The position numbers were made by a program, and so were the translations under genes. From NCBI RefSeq assembly GCF_000143415.4, contig NW_003314303.1, forward strand, positions 372,460-436,459: DNA of 64,000 nucleotides, given 5' to 3'. The DNA comes from Selaginella moellendorffii (Eukaryota > Plantae > Lycopodiophyta). Below the pieces are notes generated by a model that made no database searches, was not told the origin of the DNA, and was given only the letters and a program-made list of their open reading frames with translations. Every line of letters begins with the position of its first letter. The first letter of the stretch is position 1. Positions 49,551 to 61,188 of this stretch are shown here, one piece after another.

Positions 49551-50190
49551 AAAGCTTTGCCATTGCTATGTTTACTTGAAATTAGAGTGCAAGGAATAAG
49601 AATATCCGGAAAATATATTTTAATCTTAATATTATTTCAAATGGACCTGGGACAGTGGCTCTAGAGAACTGGATTGTCACATAAATTTGGTTCATTCTTG
49701 CCATGAGTTAATAAGTATCTACTTTGCAGTTTTAATTTATATTATAGAATATTCTTTTTACAATTATTATTAATTAAAAACTTTAACGATTTAAATTATA
49801 GTTGTTACACAAAATTTATTATATTATTGGTAAATTAGAAAAATATAGTTATTAAAATCTCCAGTTTATAATATTTTTAATCATGAAAATAACTAATGCT
49901 AGTATATTAATAATATAATAGAATATAACTTTTCCAAAGTAAACCATATGTTACTTGCACATAGTGTTTATAAATTTAAACACAATTTATATTAGTGATA
50001 AATAACAAACAAATTATCTTGAAAAATATCCTAAAATTTACGCTAATATTTTTCGTATATCATATTTTAAAGTTAGTTTTCTGCTCAAAAGTTATTTTGT
50101 TTCGAGACAAAAAGAATGGATCTTATTGTTTGATTAGACGAGAAACGAAAAAAAAAACTCTCTTTTTCTCCTAGTTCTAGACAAGCCGTT

Positions 50191-51553
50191 CTAGACAAGC
50201 CCTTGGCACATTTGCTCCACTTTCACCACAATCTGTGCCGGTTGCACCACCGTCGCGTCCTCCAGCGTCGCAGCGTATGGCGTCGGCACGTCCTGCGATG
50301 ACAAACACTCGGGCCGGCCGTCGAGGAAGTCCCAGAAGTTGTCAACAATCGCAGCTCTCAAGCTCGCTCCAATCCCGCCAGTTCTCATGCACTCCTCCAC
50401 GATGAGAACCTTGTGCGTCTTCTTGATCGAGTTTCCAATCGTAAAGAGATCGAAAGGCTTGAGCGACCTGATGTCGATGATCTCCGGATCATAGCCTCTC
50501 TCCACCAGAGTCTTGGCAGCCTGGAGCACGAAGTGCCGCATCCTCGAGTACGTGAGAATGGTGACGTCCTTTCCCGGACGAACAAGCTCGGCTTCCTCGA
50601 GACAAAGCACATACTCCTCGTCGGGGATCCTCTCCTTGAGATTGTAGAGAAGGACGTGCTCGTAGAGGATCACCGGGTTGTCACTCCGGATCGCGGCCTT
50701 CATCAGTCCCTTCGCGTTGTAAGGAGTGGAGCATGCCACCATTTGCAAGCCCGGGACCGACTGGAAGTACGACTCCAAGCGCTGTGAGTGCTCGGCTCCA
50801 AGCTGCTTTCCCACTCCACCGGGACCTCTGATAACGATCGGGATCTTGAACTGGCCACCCGAAGTATAGTGGAGCATTCCCGCGTTGTTGGAGATCTGGT
50901 TGTAAGCCAGCAGCAAGAATCCCATGTTCATGCCTTCCACCACTGTCCTGAGTCCCGTCATGGCAGCTCCAATCCCCATCCCCGTGAAAGAGTTCTCGCA
51001 AATCGGCGTGTCGAGGACGCGCAAGTCGCCAAACTTCTCGGCCAGTCCCTTGGTGACTTTGTAGGAGCCTCCGTAGTGACCGACATCTTCGCCTATGACG
51101 CACACTGTGGGATCTCTTGCCATCTCTTCCTCGAGACCTTCGCGAAGAGCATCGAAGAGCAAGATCTCGTGACTGGAAGTAAAGAACCAAGTGAAAAACT
51201 AGATTTTGGAGGCTGAAACTTGTAAGAACTTACCCGGATTTCGCAGTGGTCAGATTCGGAGCTTCGCCTTTCACCTACACGCATGATGGGTAAAACTTCT
51301 CTGTCGGTAGGAAGAACTTACCGCGACAGCTTTTAGCGCAGAGCTCCTGTTCTTCCTCGATTCCTCGCTCAATGCAGCTCCTCTAACGACAAGGGCGCCT
51401 GAAAGAAGGCTTCATCGAGAAATTCCCGGAGACAGCGAGCTGATTACCTCGAGCTGGAACAGCCGATGAAGAGCACCGGATCCGCCCAGCATTTGGCGGC
51501 GACAGCAGCCGATTCTCAATGCCGGGAGCAAGCGCCGCTCCTGCCGCGGCCAT
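50191..51553 (-). CDS. Plastid pyruvate dehydrogenase E1 beta subunit, copy 2
   Basis: Mature region nearly identical in protein to copy 1; leader [17 protein letters not shown]... is spliced through short introns. Confidence 0.93.
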
Positions 51554-51851
51554 TGCACGATCGCGCCCTTGCCGGATCCACAAAACCCTAATCGCCGAGA
51601 GAAGAATTTATTCGCTAGCCAGCAAGCATACAATGAACTAGCGGCCAGGAACTTGCCACGTCAGCAAAACTCTAGCAGGGACCAAAATATTCTTCCGCTC
51701 TTTCATCTGTCAATCAAATCTTGTCAGTTTGTGGTCTAGGGCAGAAATGCGGCCGCGATGCGAGGTAAGCTCTCGATTTCGCCGCCCCAATCGATCGATT
51801 GCCTGCTGCTGGCAGTGGAAATCGAGCTTGGCGGCAGCGAATTAGCGGGGC

Positions 51852-52132
51852 ATGGCAGAGGCATCGACTGTGGACGAGCTCGGGCCCAAATTCTCGCAAG
51901 AGGAGGATCAAGGCGGCCCCGATTGGTTTGAGCGCTTGCCCGAGCACGTCCTCATCGAAATTCTCATCCGCATTCCCGCTCCAAACTGGCCGGCGGCGGC
52001 GTGCGCCAAGAAGCAATGGGCGGCGCTCTTCAAGAGCGAGGAGCTGTGGCGATTGGCGCTGCTGAGAAAATGGCCTCACACCGCGGAGGTCGAGCGATGG
52101 CCCGGCCCAATTGGCCGAGGCTGTAGCAAGCG

Positions 52133-52201
<69 letters not shown>

Positions 52202-53621
52202 CTGTGTTTGTGTGTGTGTGTGAGAGAGAGAGAGGACATTGTTTCTTCGCTATCGCCATTATATTTCTTTCTCTGTTCTCTTTGATCTCTATCTCTATCT
52301 ATCTCTTTGATCAAACTTCCACGAAACTATTCACCTTCTTCCTGTTGATCAAAGTGCTATCATCACTCTAGATCCCTTCCTTTTGTTTAACTATACACTG
52401 GTCTTCCTTTTTCATCATTCTTTCTCTTTCTCTAACGACACTGTCACTTCCCATAGTTTCTCTTTGATCAAGCTATCATCGTCTTCAACCGAACTATTCA
52501 TTCTTTTCTTCGATCAAACTTTCTTCGTTATGTTCGTTTCCCTTCTCTTCTGCGAATTCTTTTATGTTTTTTTTTTCTTTTGATCTTCCTCTTCTATCAT
52601 TCTTCTCTTAATTTACATTATCATCACCATTTCTTCGCTACTATCTTTCTTTGTCTACACTCTTTGATCTCTATCTCTTTGAACTTCAACGAAACTATTC
52701 ATCTGATCAAACTATCATCACTCCTCTAGTTTAACATCTCGCATGGTTTCTCTTTGATCAAGCTATCATTTTCTATTCATTCCCGTTTATCAAACTTTCC
52801 TCGCTATCATATCTTTGTTCTTTCCCTTCTCTTCTTAGTCTCTATCATCTCATAAAACTAACACGTCTTTTCTTCGATCAAGCAATCGTCCTTTCTCGCT
52901 TTTTTCATTGCTCGTTCTCTTTGCAGTCGCTACAGAGCCATGCACGCGAGCAAAGCAGTGTTACCACTTATAGGCGGCGACGTCGAAGAAGTCGCCGGAC
53001 ACGTCTATCTCTACCTGAAAGAACAGCTCGAGTCCGCTTCCTCGGTTTCATACAGCCTTCTCCACGGAACTACAATCAGTTAAGTTCCTCTGGACGAGCG
53101 AGCGTTCTCCTCTTTTCTTTTGTTTCGCTCATTCAATGTTAACGACTGGGTATTGAATGGCAGACCAGTTCCTGGCTTGTAAGATGGCAGGCAATGAGGC
53201 ACAGGCTCTGGCGTCACAGATTTGGATCGCCGTGATCAATAATCTGGACAAAACTGACCGAAGGCTCAGCCTCCTGATACGCGCGGCAGATGTAAGCTTT
53301 GTCTTCCTCCTTTCCTTCTGTCAATTCCGTAGTGTTTCCCACAGGTGTTCCTTCCATCGTATTCCAAGTCTCACGGGCTTCTTGTGGAGCGCATCGTAAG
53401 TTTCAGAGATTGTCATCGCTTCTTCAAGCTCACAATATGAGCCCCTTCTCACTGGAGCTTACATCAGAAGGTAAGCAAATCTTCCTGTTCAATACAGTTT
53501 TGTGTGGACAATCCAGGTTGTAAGTTCTCAGATCAATCAAGAACAAGGAACAAGAATCCTCTGCCTGGCTGTGCTGTGAGTTGGCTCTAAACATCTTATA
53601 TGCCAAAACTCTGGATCGCTA
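51852..53621 (+). CDS. F-box-like conserved plant protein (3' exon boundaries uncertain)
   Basis: LPEHVLIEILIRIP...CAKKQWAALFKSEELW, RWPGPIGRGCSKR|RYRAMH...GHVYLYLKEQLE, DQFLAC...LASQIWIAVINNL. Intron 52133-52926. Confidence 0.7.
52136..52233 (+). repeat. Compound microsatellite (CT)31 followed by (TG)n and (GA)n
   Basis: Directly visible at the 5' end of intron 1. Confidence 0.97.
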
Positions 53622-54197
53622 ACGACTTTTAAGTGCCAGACAGCTACGGGCGCTAGCGATGGATGTGTCCATCGCGAATCTTTAAGAAAACAAGCAAGGC
53701 AACACTAGACACACACACAAACAAAAAGAGGAGACGCACACTATATGATGAATCAAAATCAAACAAAACAAAGAGTACACCAGCTTGAGTGTCAGTATTT
53801 CTTTTCTCTTTTTTCCTTTTTCTTTTTTTTCAGTACATGTGGAGCAGCTTTTCTTTTGCGTCCATGTCTCACAAATATCTAAAAAGAATAACCTCTTCTG
53901 CCAAAAGGGAAGAACAAATGTGATTTGCTGGAAATCCAAAAAATTTTATGCGGTGTGGCTGGATATATCGTGCTGCGAACAATGGGGGCACTCCAAACAT
54001 AACAAAATCTACTGCCCGCTCCACTGCGTGCCACCCCACCGGCAACATCGCGCTGACACTACTGTACGGCGCTAGACAACCATCACAGGTCAACTTTCGT
54101 GCTCCAAGTTTACTCCGGCAAATTAAAAACAACCAAGAGACACCGTAGCGACTGGCCAAAATTCTCTTCTCTGCGGAGACCTCTCCTCTCGCTCATG

Positions 54198-55963
54198 TCA
54201 AACTCCAGCTTCTTGGGAGGTGACAGGCTTGAGAAGAAGCCCGTGCTCTTCGTCCGTACTAGTGGCGGCGGCGCCGCCGTTGTCACCGCCCTTCGCGCCG
54301 CCCTTCAGCTCCAGCTCCGTACCCGTCAGCCGCCGCGCCCGCTCCGCCTCCACCGCCCAGTCCGTACGCCACACGACGAGCAGGATCGAGAACGCGCACG
54401 CCGCCTGCGCCGCCAGCAGCCCGTACCACAGTCCGCCAAAGCCGACCTTAAACCAGAAGGCCAGCGCCACCGCGACGGGCGTCCCGAGGAAGTAGAAGGA
54501 GCCGAGGTTGATCCGCGCGCCAATGGCGGGCCGCGCGGTACCGCGCAGCACACCGCACGCCGTCGTCTGGGGGCAGTTGCCCAGCTCGCACAGCCCGATG
54601 AGCGGCATGACGGCGGCGGTGAGCGCCAGCACGCTGGCGTCGCGGGTGAAGACGCGGCCCCACTGGTGGCGCAGCGCGGTAGTCCACGTCAGCCCGGCGG
54701 TGGCCACCACCAACGCGCACCCCAGCGCGACGTATGCCGCGCGGCGCGCCCGGTCCGGCCGCCGCGCGCCCAGCTCGTTCCCGACCCTGGTGGAGACGCT
54801 GGCGCTCAGCGCGAGCGGGATCGTGTACATCAGCGAGGTGGTCTGGATCAAGATCGCGGTGGTGGCCACCGCGACCTCGGGATTCGGGAGGTAGCCCGCG
54901 AGCAGCGTCATGATCTCATACCACCACCACTCGAGGCAGATCGCGAAGCAGCTGGGCAGCGCGAGCGCGAGCAGCGGGCGCCACTCGCGGAGGCAGTCGA
55001 TCGACCAGCCATCGCCCCAAGTCCGGCGGTAGACGCCCGAGATCCGGAGGTAGAGCAGGAGGAGCGCGATCATGAAGAAGTTCGTGAAGACGGCGGCCAT
55101 GGCGACGCCCGGGACGCCCAGCCGGAGCCCAAACGCGAGCGCGAGGCTGAGCGGGACGTGGAGCGCCACCGCCACGGCGGAGCACCACATCATCGGCGTG
55201 GTGATGCCCTGCGATCGAAGGTAGACGCGCAGCGGCTGGAGGATGCTGTTGGCGAGGAGATCGGGCAGGGAGAAGAGGCAGTAGGTGCTCGCGACCGCGG
55301 TGATGCTTGGATCCTGGGCGAGGAAGAGAAGAATTCGATGGAGATTGATCCAGAGGAGGGAGATTGGGACGCAGGCAGTGAGGAGCACGAGGATAGTCCG
55401 CCGGAGTGAGAGGCCGATGAGCTTCCAGTTCTTGGATCCGAAAGCTTGGGCGCAAATCGGGTCCATGCCGGATGCCAGGCCGAAGAGAACCGAGTAGCCG
55501 GTGATGTTGGTGAAGCCGATGGAGAGCGCGCCGCCGGCGAGCTCGCGGCCGCCCAGTCGGCCCAGGCAGAGCACCGAGACCATGGCCCGGAGGTAGACGA
55601 CGCAGTTCATGGCGGTGATGGGCACCGCAATTCGACCCAATTCGCGCAGCTCCTCGAGAATCTGGCCATGGAGGAACCAAAAGAATCGAGCGATCAGTCT
55701 TGGGCTTCGATCGTGGAGAGCGAGAGAAATGGGCGATGGGCGATCGAGAAGAAATGCGAGAGGAGGAGGAAGAAATGTGGGAGAAATCTTGCCTGGGCGA
55801 GGGATGGGCACTCATGCAAGTGCTCCTCCACGATCATCTTGAGCGTGGCCTCGTCTAAGTGTTCTTCCTCGCCGCCATGGCCGACCTCGGAGAGCTTCTC
55901 TTGCCCTCCTCCTTTCTCCTCATCCCCAGCGACCTTTTGCCACGCCTTTGCTGGATCCTCCAT
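54198..55963 (-). CDS. MATE (DTX) family transporter; exons 55963-55793 and 55661-54198
   Basis: [70 protein letters not shown]. Exon 1 joins in frame through a GC-AG intron. Confidence 0.93.
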
Positions 55964-57549
55964 CGCCCTCACGAACGAAAAAAAAGAGAAAGCTCTCCCT
56001 TCTCTCTCTCTTTTTTTTTTTTGCTCGATCAATCAATCAATCACTCGATCGATCGATTGGGACGATCACGCTCGATTGGAGTAAAGAAAAGGAGGCGAGA
56101 CAATGTAAGAGAGGACCAAAGGACACGCCGAGAAAGCATCGAAAATCCTGACAAAGAAGCCCTTGTGTGTGTGTGGTTGCCATTGTATAGCTTATATACA
56201 AGCCTTTAAATCTTTCAATACACATTTACTTATTCGCATTTAGGGCACGGAATGCGACACCGCCGCCACCCCGCCGTACGCCCCGCCGCAAACACATGCG
56301 GGCCGTGCGATGCCGGGGAGGTGCCATCTGCACCGTCGGCCCCGGCGCGCCACCGAATCTTTTAAAATGGTAGGCCAATACTGTCGCGGGGCGTGTTGCC
56401 CTACTTTTTGTAAAGCAATTGCGCGCAAGAATGTAGATTCCAGAGAATCATATGTGAAGTATTGTGTCTATGTAGTTAGCATTGCCATTATTTCTTGTTG
56501 TTGTCATCATCTTATAAAGTATTCGCGAGGAGAATCCACATGGATGAATGAGGAAATCGGGAGTTATAGAAGTTAAGAGAGCTTCTCTTGCTAGATCGTC
56601 GTCGCCAAAGGGTATCCCTAGGCCGCATTGGGGTGCTTTCTTTTCTATAAAGGTGGGCATTTAGCTTAAGTGTTTGGGGGAGGGGGGGGGCATTTAGCCA
56701 TGAGTGTGATGCCCGCTTTGGTTCTCTTTGGAGCGAATTTTGATCATTGTCATTCTCAAAATCCGAAATTCTATAATTGCCCTCAATGGTTGAGAGAAAG
56801 AGAGGAAAACCAAGCGCCAAAAGGGATGATCACCATGAACTTTGGATCAACAAACAAACCCTTCTCTCCTTTTTTGTCCGGAAGACCTTATGCCTTGCAC
56901 TGTGGGTCTTTTGACACCGTCGTGATTATATGGCCCAAATTATAGCTCCTGGCAATCAAACCTCCTGAATCAGCCTTGATTTCTGGTTTTCATATACTTT
57001 TACTTGAAATATCTATAGTATAATATTTGGTTCCACTGCTAGCAGTGATCTCTCTCTCCTCTTACATAAACTTTGAGTGCTCTGCGGCGGTGCCGGATCG
57101 ATTTGGTGGCAGTGAGTGCTCGCTGCGCTGCTCCAAAGTGTGCGCACCGGATTCTTCTACACTCTGCCGTGGAGCCTACGCGGCTGTGAAGCCCAAAACA
57201 GTGCTCTGGGGCCAATCAGCTTCCAATCTTCCACGAAAGATCACATCTTTCTACACATCTCAGGAACTGCAAATGCCATTACTGGGCATTCATTGCCTTA
57301 CGTTGGCCTGGGGAGATTCTTGTCAAGGTCACCGACAATTGGTTGGATTGGAGCTCCTTGGGTGGCCCTCGACATTCGCAAAAGCTTGTTGTTAAAATGG
57401 CTAGCCAATGTGAGGCTCCAGCGCGGGCACGCTTAGATTTTGGCTTTTTGGCATCCAGCACTTTCAAATTCATGCAAAAATAACTATAAAATACTAAAGA
57501 CTAGATTATTTTAAATTTATTAAGGTTTTTTAAAATTATTTTCTAGAAA

Positions 57550-57621
57550 AGGAGGCAACCAGGATTGAACTAGTGACCCATTGGACTGCAGCCAATTGCT
57601 CTACCACTGAGCTATACCTCC
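57550..57621 (-). tRNA. tRNA-Cys(GCA)
   Basis: GGAGGTATAGCTCAGTGGTAGAGCAATTGGCTGCAGTCCAATGGGTCACTAGTTCAATCCTGGTTGCCTCCT folds into a cloverleaf with a GCA anticodon, U73 discriminator and an immediate T-run terminator. Confidence 0.93.
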
Positions 57622-57717
57622 ATTGGACGAGGAAGCTTACGCTAATTGCGAATCTATGGAATTATGCTTCTTTGTCAATGGAAATTCGTTTAGGTATTCT
57701 AGGGCAGGGAAGCAAGA

Positions 57718-60700
57718 ATGGCGGAGAGGGAGAGGGAGAGGGAGAGGAGGAGCACAGTAATGCGGATGCTCGTCCCCGTCACTGCCCCGGAGGACAAGCG
57801 CTTGATCGAGTTTGACAGCGTTCTTCTCGATCACTTCCTCCGGATGCTCGAGGATCTCCACGGCCAGGGGATCAAAGAAGCTGTAAGTGATCGATCGACG
57901 TTTATTTTGCCCTGTTTGATCGATCGATCTTTGTTTCAAGGTCGAGCGCTGCTACCAGCTCTCGGTGGAGTACCAGAACAGTGGCAACACCAAGAAATTG
58001 GGTGAGCTCGCAACAGTGCTCGACGGCCTTGGCCCCGGGGATTCCAGCATTGTGGCGAGTTCCTTCTCTCACATGCTCAACCTGGGAAACCTCGCGGAGG
58101 AGGTCCAGTTCTCTTGCCGCAAGGCGAGCGCTGTGAGGAGATCTGGCGACATTGGCGATGAGAACAGTGCCGCGACGGAGTCAAACTTGGAGGAGACTTT
58201 TCGGCGGCTGATGAGCGACGTGGGGAAAACTCCGGACGAGATCTTCCAGGCTTTGAAGCGCCAGACTGTGGATTTAGTACTGACTGCTCATCCAACTCAA
58301 TCCATTCGACGCTCGCTCCTTCAAAAGCATGCTCGGTAAGAAAAGATCACAAACTTGACGAACTTCTCCTCTTGCTCGGTAAGAAAAGATCGTTAGACGT
58401 GAGCACTGACTTGTTTGTGTCTAGCTTGCAGCATTCGTAACTGTTTGTCCCAGCTGCACAAGGACGACTTATCTCCCGACGATAGGCAAGAAATAGACGA
58501 GGCTCTCCAGCGAGAGGTAAGTGTTTTTTTGTCTCGTTTGTAGATAAACCAATGCTGGCTCCATTCTCGCAGATTCAAGCTGCTTTTCGAACTGATGAAA
58601 TAAGACGTGCGCCACCAACCCCGCAGGACGAGATGCGTGCCGGGATGAGCTACTTTCACGAGACAATCTGGAACGGCCTTCCCAAGTTTCTTCGTCGGGT
58701 GGATACTGCGCTAAGAAACATCGGTCTCAAGGAACGCCTTCCGTACAACGTTCCTCTCATACAGTTCTCCTCATGGATGGGAGGCGACAGAGATGGTATG
58801 CTCTTGCTGCTTTAACGATTGCTGAGCCTTTCTTTTTCTTTAGGAAATCCTCGTGTAACACCCGAGGTTACGCGAGACGTATGTCTGCTGGCGAGGCTTA
58901 TGGCAGCAAATCTATACTTTTCACAGATCGAGGATCTGATGTTTGAGGTAGGAACTCTGCAAAGTCGTCATGCATAAAACTTTCTAAGAAGAGTTTTTTT
59001 GGCCTCTCTGTAGCTATCAATGTGTCGTTGCAATGACGAGGTGCGCACTAGAGCCTCTCAGTTGCTTGCTGGAGAGAAAATCGATGTGAAACACTATATA
59101 GGTTTGCAGTGTCAACGTGCTTATCTTTGAGGAATCCGACTATCATTGCCATGTCTGCTGGCAGAGTTTTGGAAGCAAATTCCACCCACGGAACCATATC
59201 GAGTACTGCTCGGCGATTTCCGTGACCGCCTTTATCAGACGCGAGAACGAACACGGCAGCTCCTTGGAAACGGGAAGTCCGACATTGGCCCAGATGAAAC
59301 TTTCACCTCGACCGAACAGGTATATACTAGATTACCTACGTATGTCGACGTACTGATTGTGATACTGGACGATTCTTTGCTTGAAGCAGCACAGATACTG
59401 CAGCCTCTGGAGGTCTGTTATCGCTCTCTCTGCTCTACAGGCGACAAGCCAATCGCTGATGGAAGCCTGCTGGACTTCATGCGTCAAGTCTCGAGCTTTG
59501 GGCTGGGACTCGTGAGATTAGACATTCGCCAGGAGTCCGAGAGGCACACAGATGTTATGGACGCCATCACGAATCATCTCGGCCTGGGAAGCTACAGAAG
59601 CTGGCCAGAAACGAAGAGGCAAGAATGGCTGCTCACGGAGCTCCGCAGCAAGAGACCACTCTTTGGTGCTGATCTTCCGATGACTGAAGAGGTCCAGGAC
59701 GTGCTAGGCACATTCTACGTTATATCCGAGTTGCCAGCCGACTGCTTTGGAGCCTACGTTATCTCCATGGCTACAGCTCCGTCCGATGTTCTCACAGTCG
59801 AGCTTCTGCAACGAGAGTGCCGGGTGAGCAAGCCACTGCGGGTGGTGCCGCTCTTTGAGAAGCTCGCGGATTTAGAAGCAGCTCCAGCAGCCATGGATTG
59901 CCTCTTTTCGATCGACTGGTATCGTAGTCACATCAATGGGACGCAGGAGGTGATGATCGGCTACTCCGACTCTGGAAAGGACGCAGGGAGATTATGTGCT
60001 GCTTGGCAACTGTTCCAGACGCAGGAAAAGCTTGTCGAGGTTTCGAAGAAGCACGGTGTGAAGCTTGTCATGTTTCACGGACGTGGGGGCAGTGTCGGCA
60101 GAGGCGGCGGCCCGACTCATCTGGCAGTTCTTTCGCAGCCTTCGGACACAATCAATGGATCGTTCCGCGTGACAATCCAAGGGGAAGTCATCCAGCAGTC
60201 GTTTGGAGAAGTCAGCTTTTGCTTCCGGACGCTCCAACGGCTTACTGCGGCAACGCTTGAACATGGAATGTGTCCGCCGAGAACACCCGAGCAACACTGG
60301 CGCTCGTTGATGGACGAGATGGCCGTGGTTGCAACGGCGGAGTATCGAACCACTGTTTTCAAGGAGAGACAATTCATGGACTATTTCACAGCGGTAAGAA
60401 AGAAGCTTTTTCTGCAGCTTGATTACAACGCAAGGAGCTGTTTTGCAGGCAACTCCAGTGCTGGAGTATGGACGGATGAACATAGGAAGCCGACCTTCCA
60501 AGAGAAATCCCAGCGGAGGCGTCGAGTCCCTCCGGGCAATCCCATGGATCTTCGCCTGGACGCAGACCAGGTTCCACCTTCCAGTGTGGCTCGGAGTTGG
60601 AGCGGCTTTCAAAGCAGTGATCCAGCGCGGTGCAACGAACTTGCAAGCGCTCCAGGAGATGTACAAGATGTGGCCCTTCTTCCGTGCAACCGTGGACCTC

Positions 60701-61160
60701 ATCGAGATGGTGTTTGCAAAGGGAGATCCCCGTGTCGCGGCGCTGTACGACGAGCTTTTGGTTGCCAAAGAGCTGCTGCCATTTGGAGACCACTTGAGGC
60801 AAAAGTACGAAGAGACAAAGGAGCTGCTGCTCAAGGTACGTGAATCCATTTTCGAGCTTTTGGATTTGGATCCGATGACTGGAAAGGAGCTTGCAGGTGG
60901 CGGGACACAGCGAGCTTTTGGCCGGGAATCCGATATTAAAGCAGCGGCTGAGCCTTCGCGAGCCATTCATAACCCCGCTCAACGTACAGCAGGCTTTCAC
61001 GCTCAAGAAGCTAAGGCAGCAGAGCTCGAGGATCTTTCTGGAGCTGCCGGTGGCGGAGGTGGTGGCGTCGAGAGCCACGGCGGAGGTGGCGGCTGGAATT
61101 CACGACTCGCTCATCCTCACCATGAAGGGAATCGCGGCTGGCATGCAAAACACTGGGTAG
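57718..61160 (+). CDS. PPC: Plant-type phosphoenolpyruvate carboxylase (divergent, multi-exon)
   Basis: [60 protein letters not shown]-terminal MQNTG. Confidence 0.95.
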
Positions 61161-61188
61161 ACTTACTATTCTTTTATTGGTGAATGAT

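Noticed and set aside
54099-55409. 436-aa plus-strand ORF and other long overlapping ORFs
   Set aside because: Antisense shadow of the GC-rich MATE gene; low-complexity Arg/Gly/Ala content and no domain.
57205-57366. TTGGATTGGAGCTCC with a partly complementary upstream arm, resembling miR159/319
   Set aside because: Lacks the central AAGG of the mature miRNA and the extended precursor pairing; probably chance.
59992-61078. 324-aa and 230-aa minus-strand ORFs
   Set aside because: Antisense to PEPC exons, with no independent coding signal.
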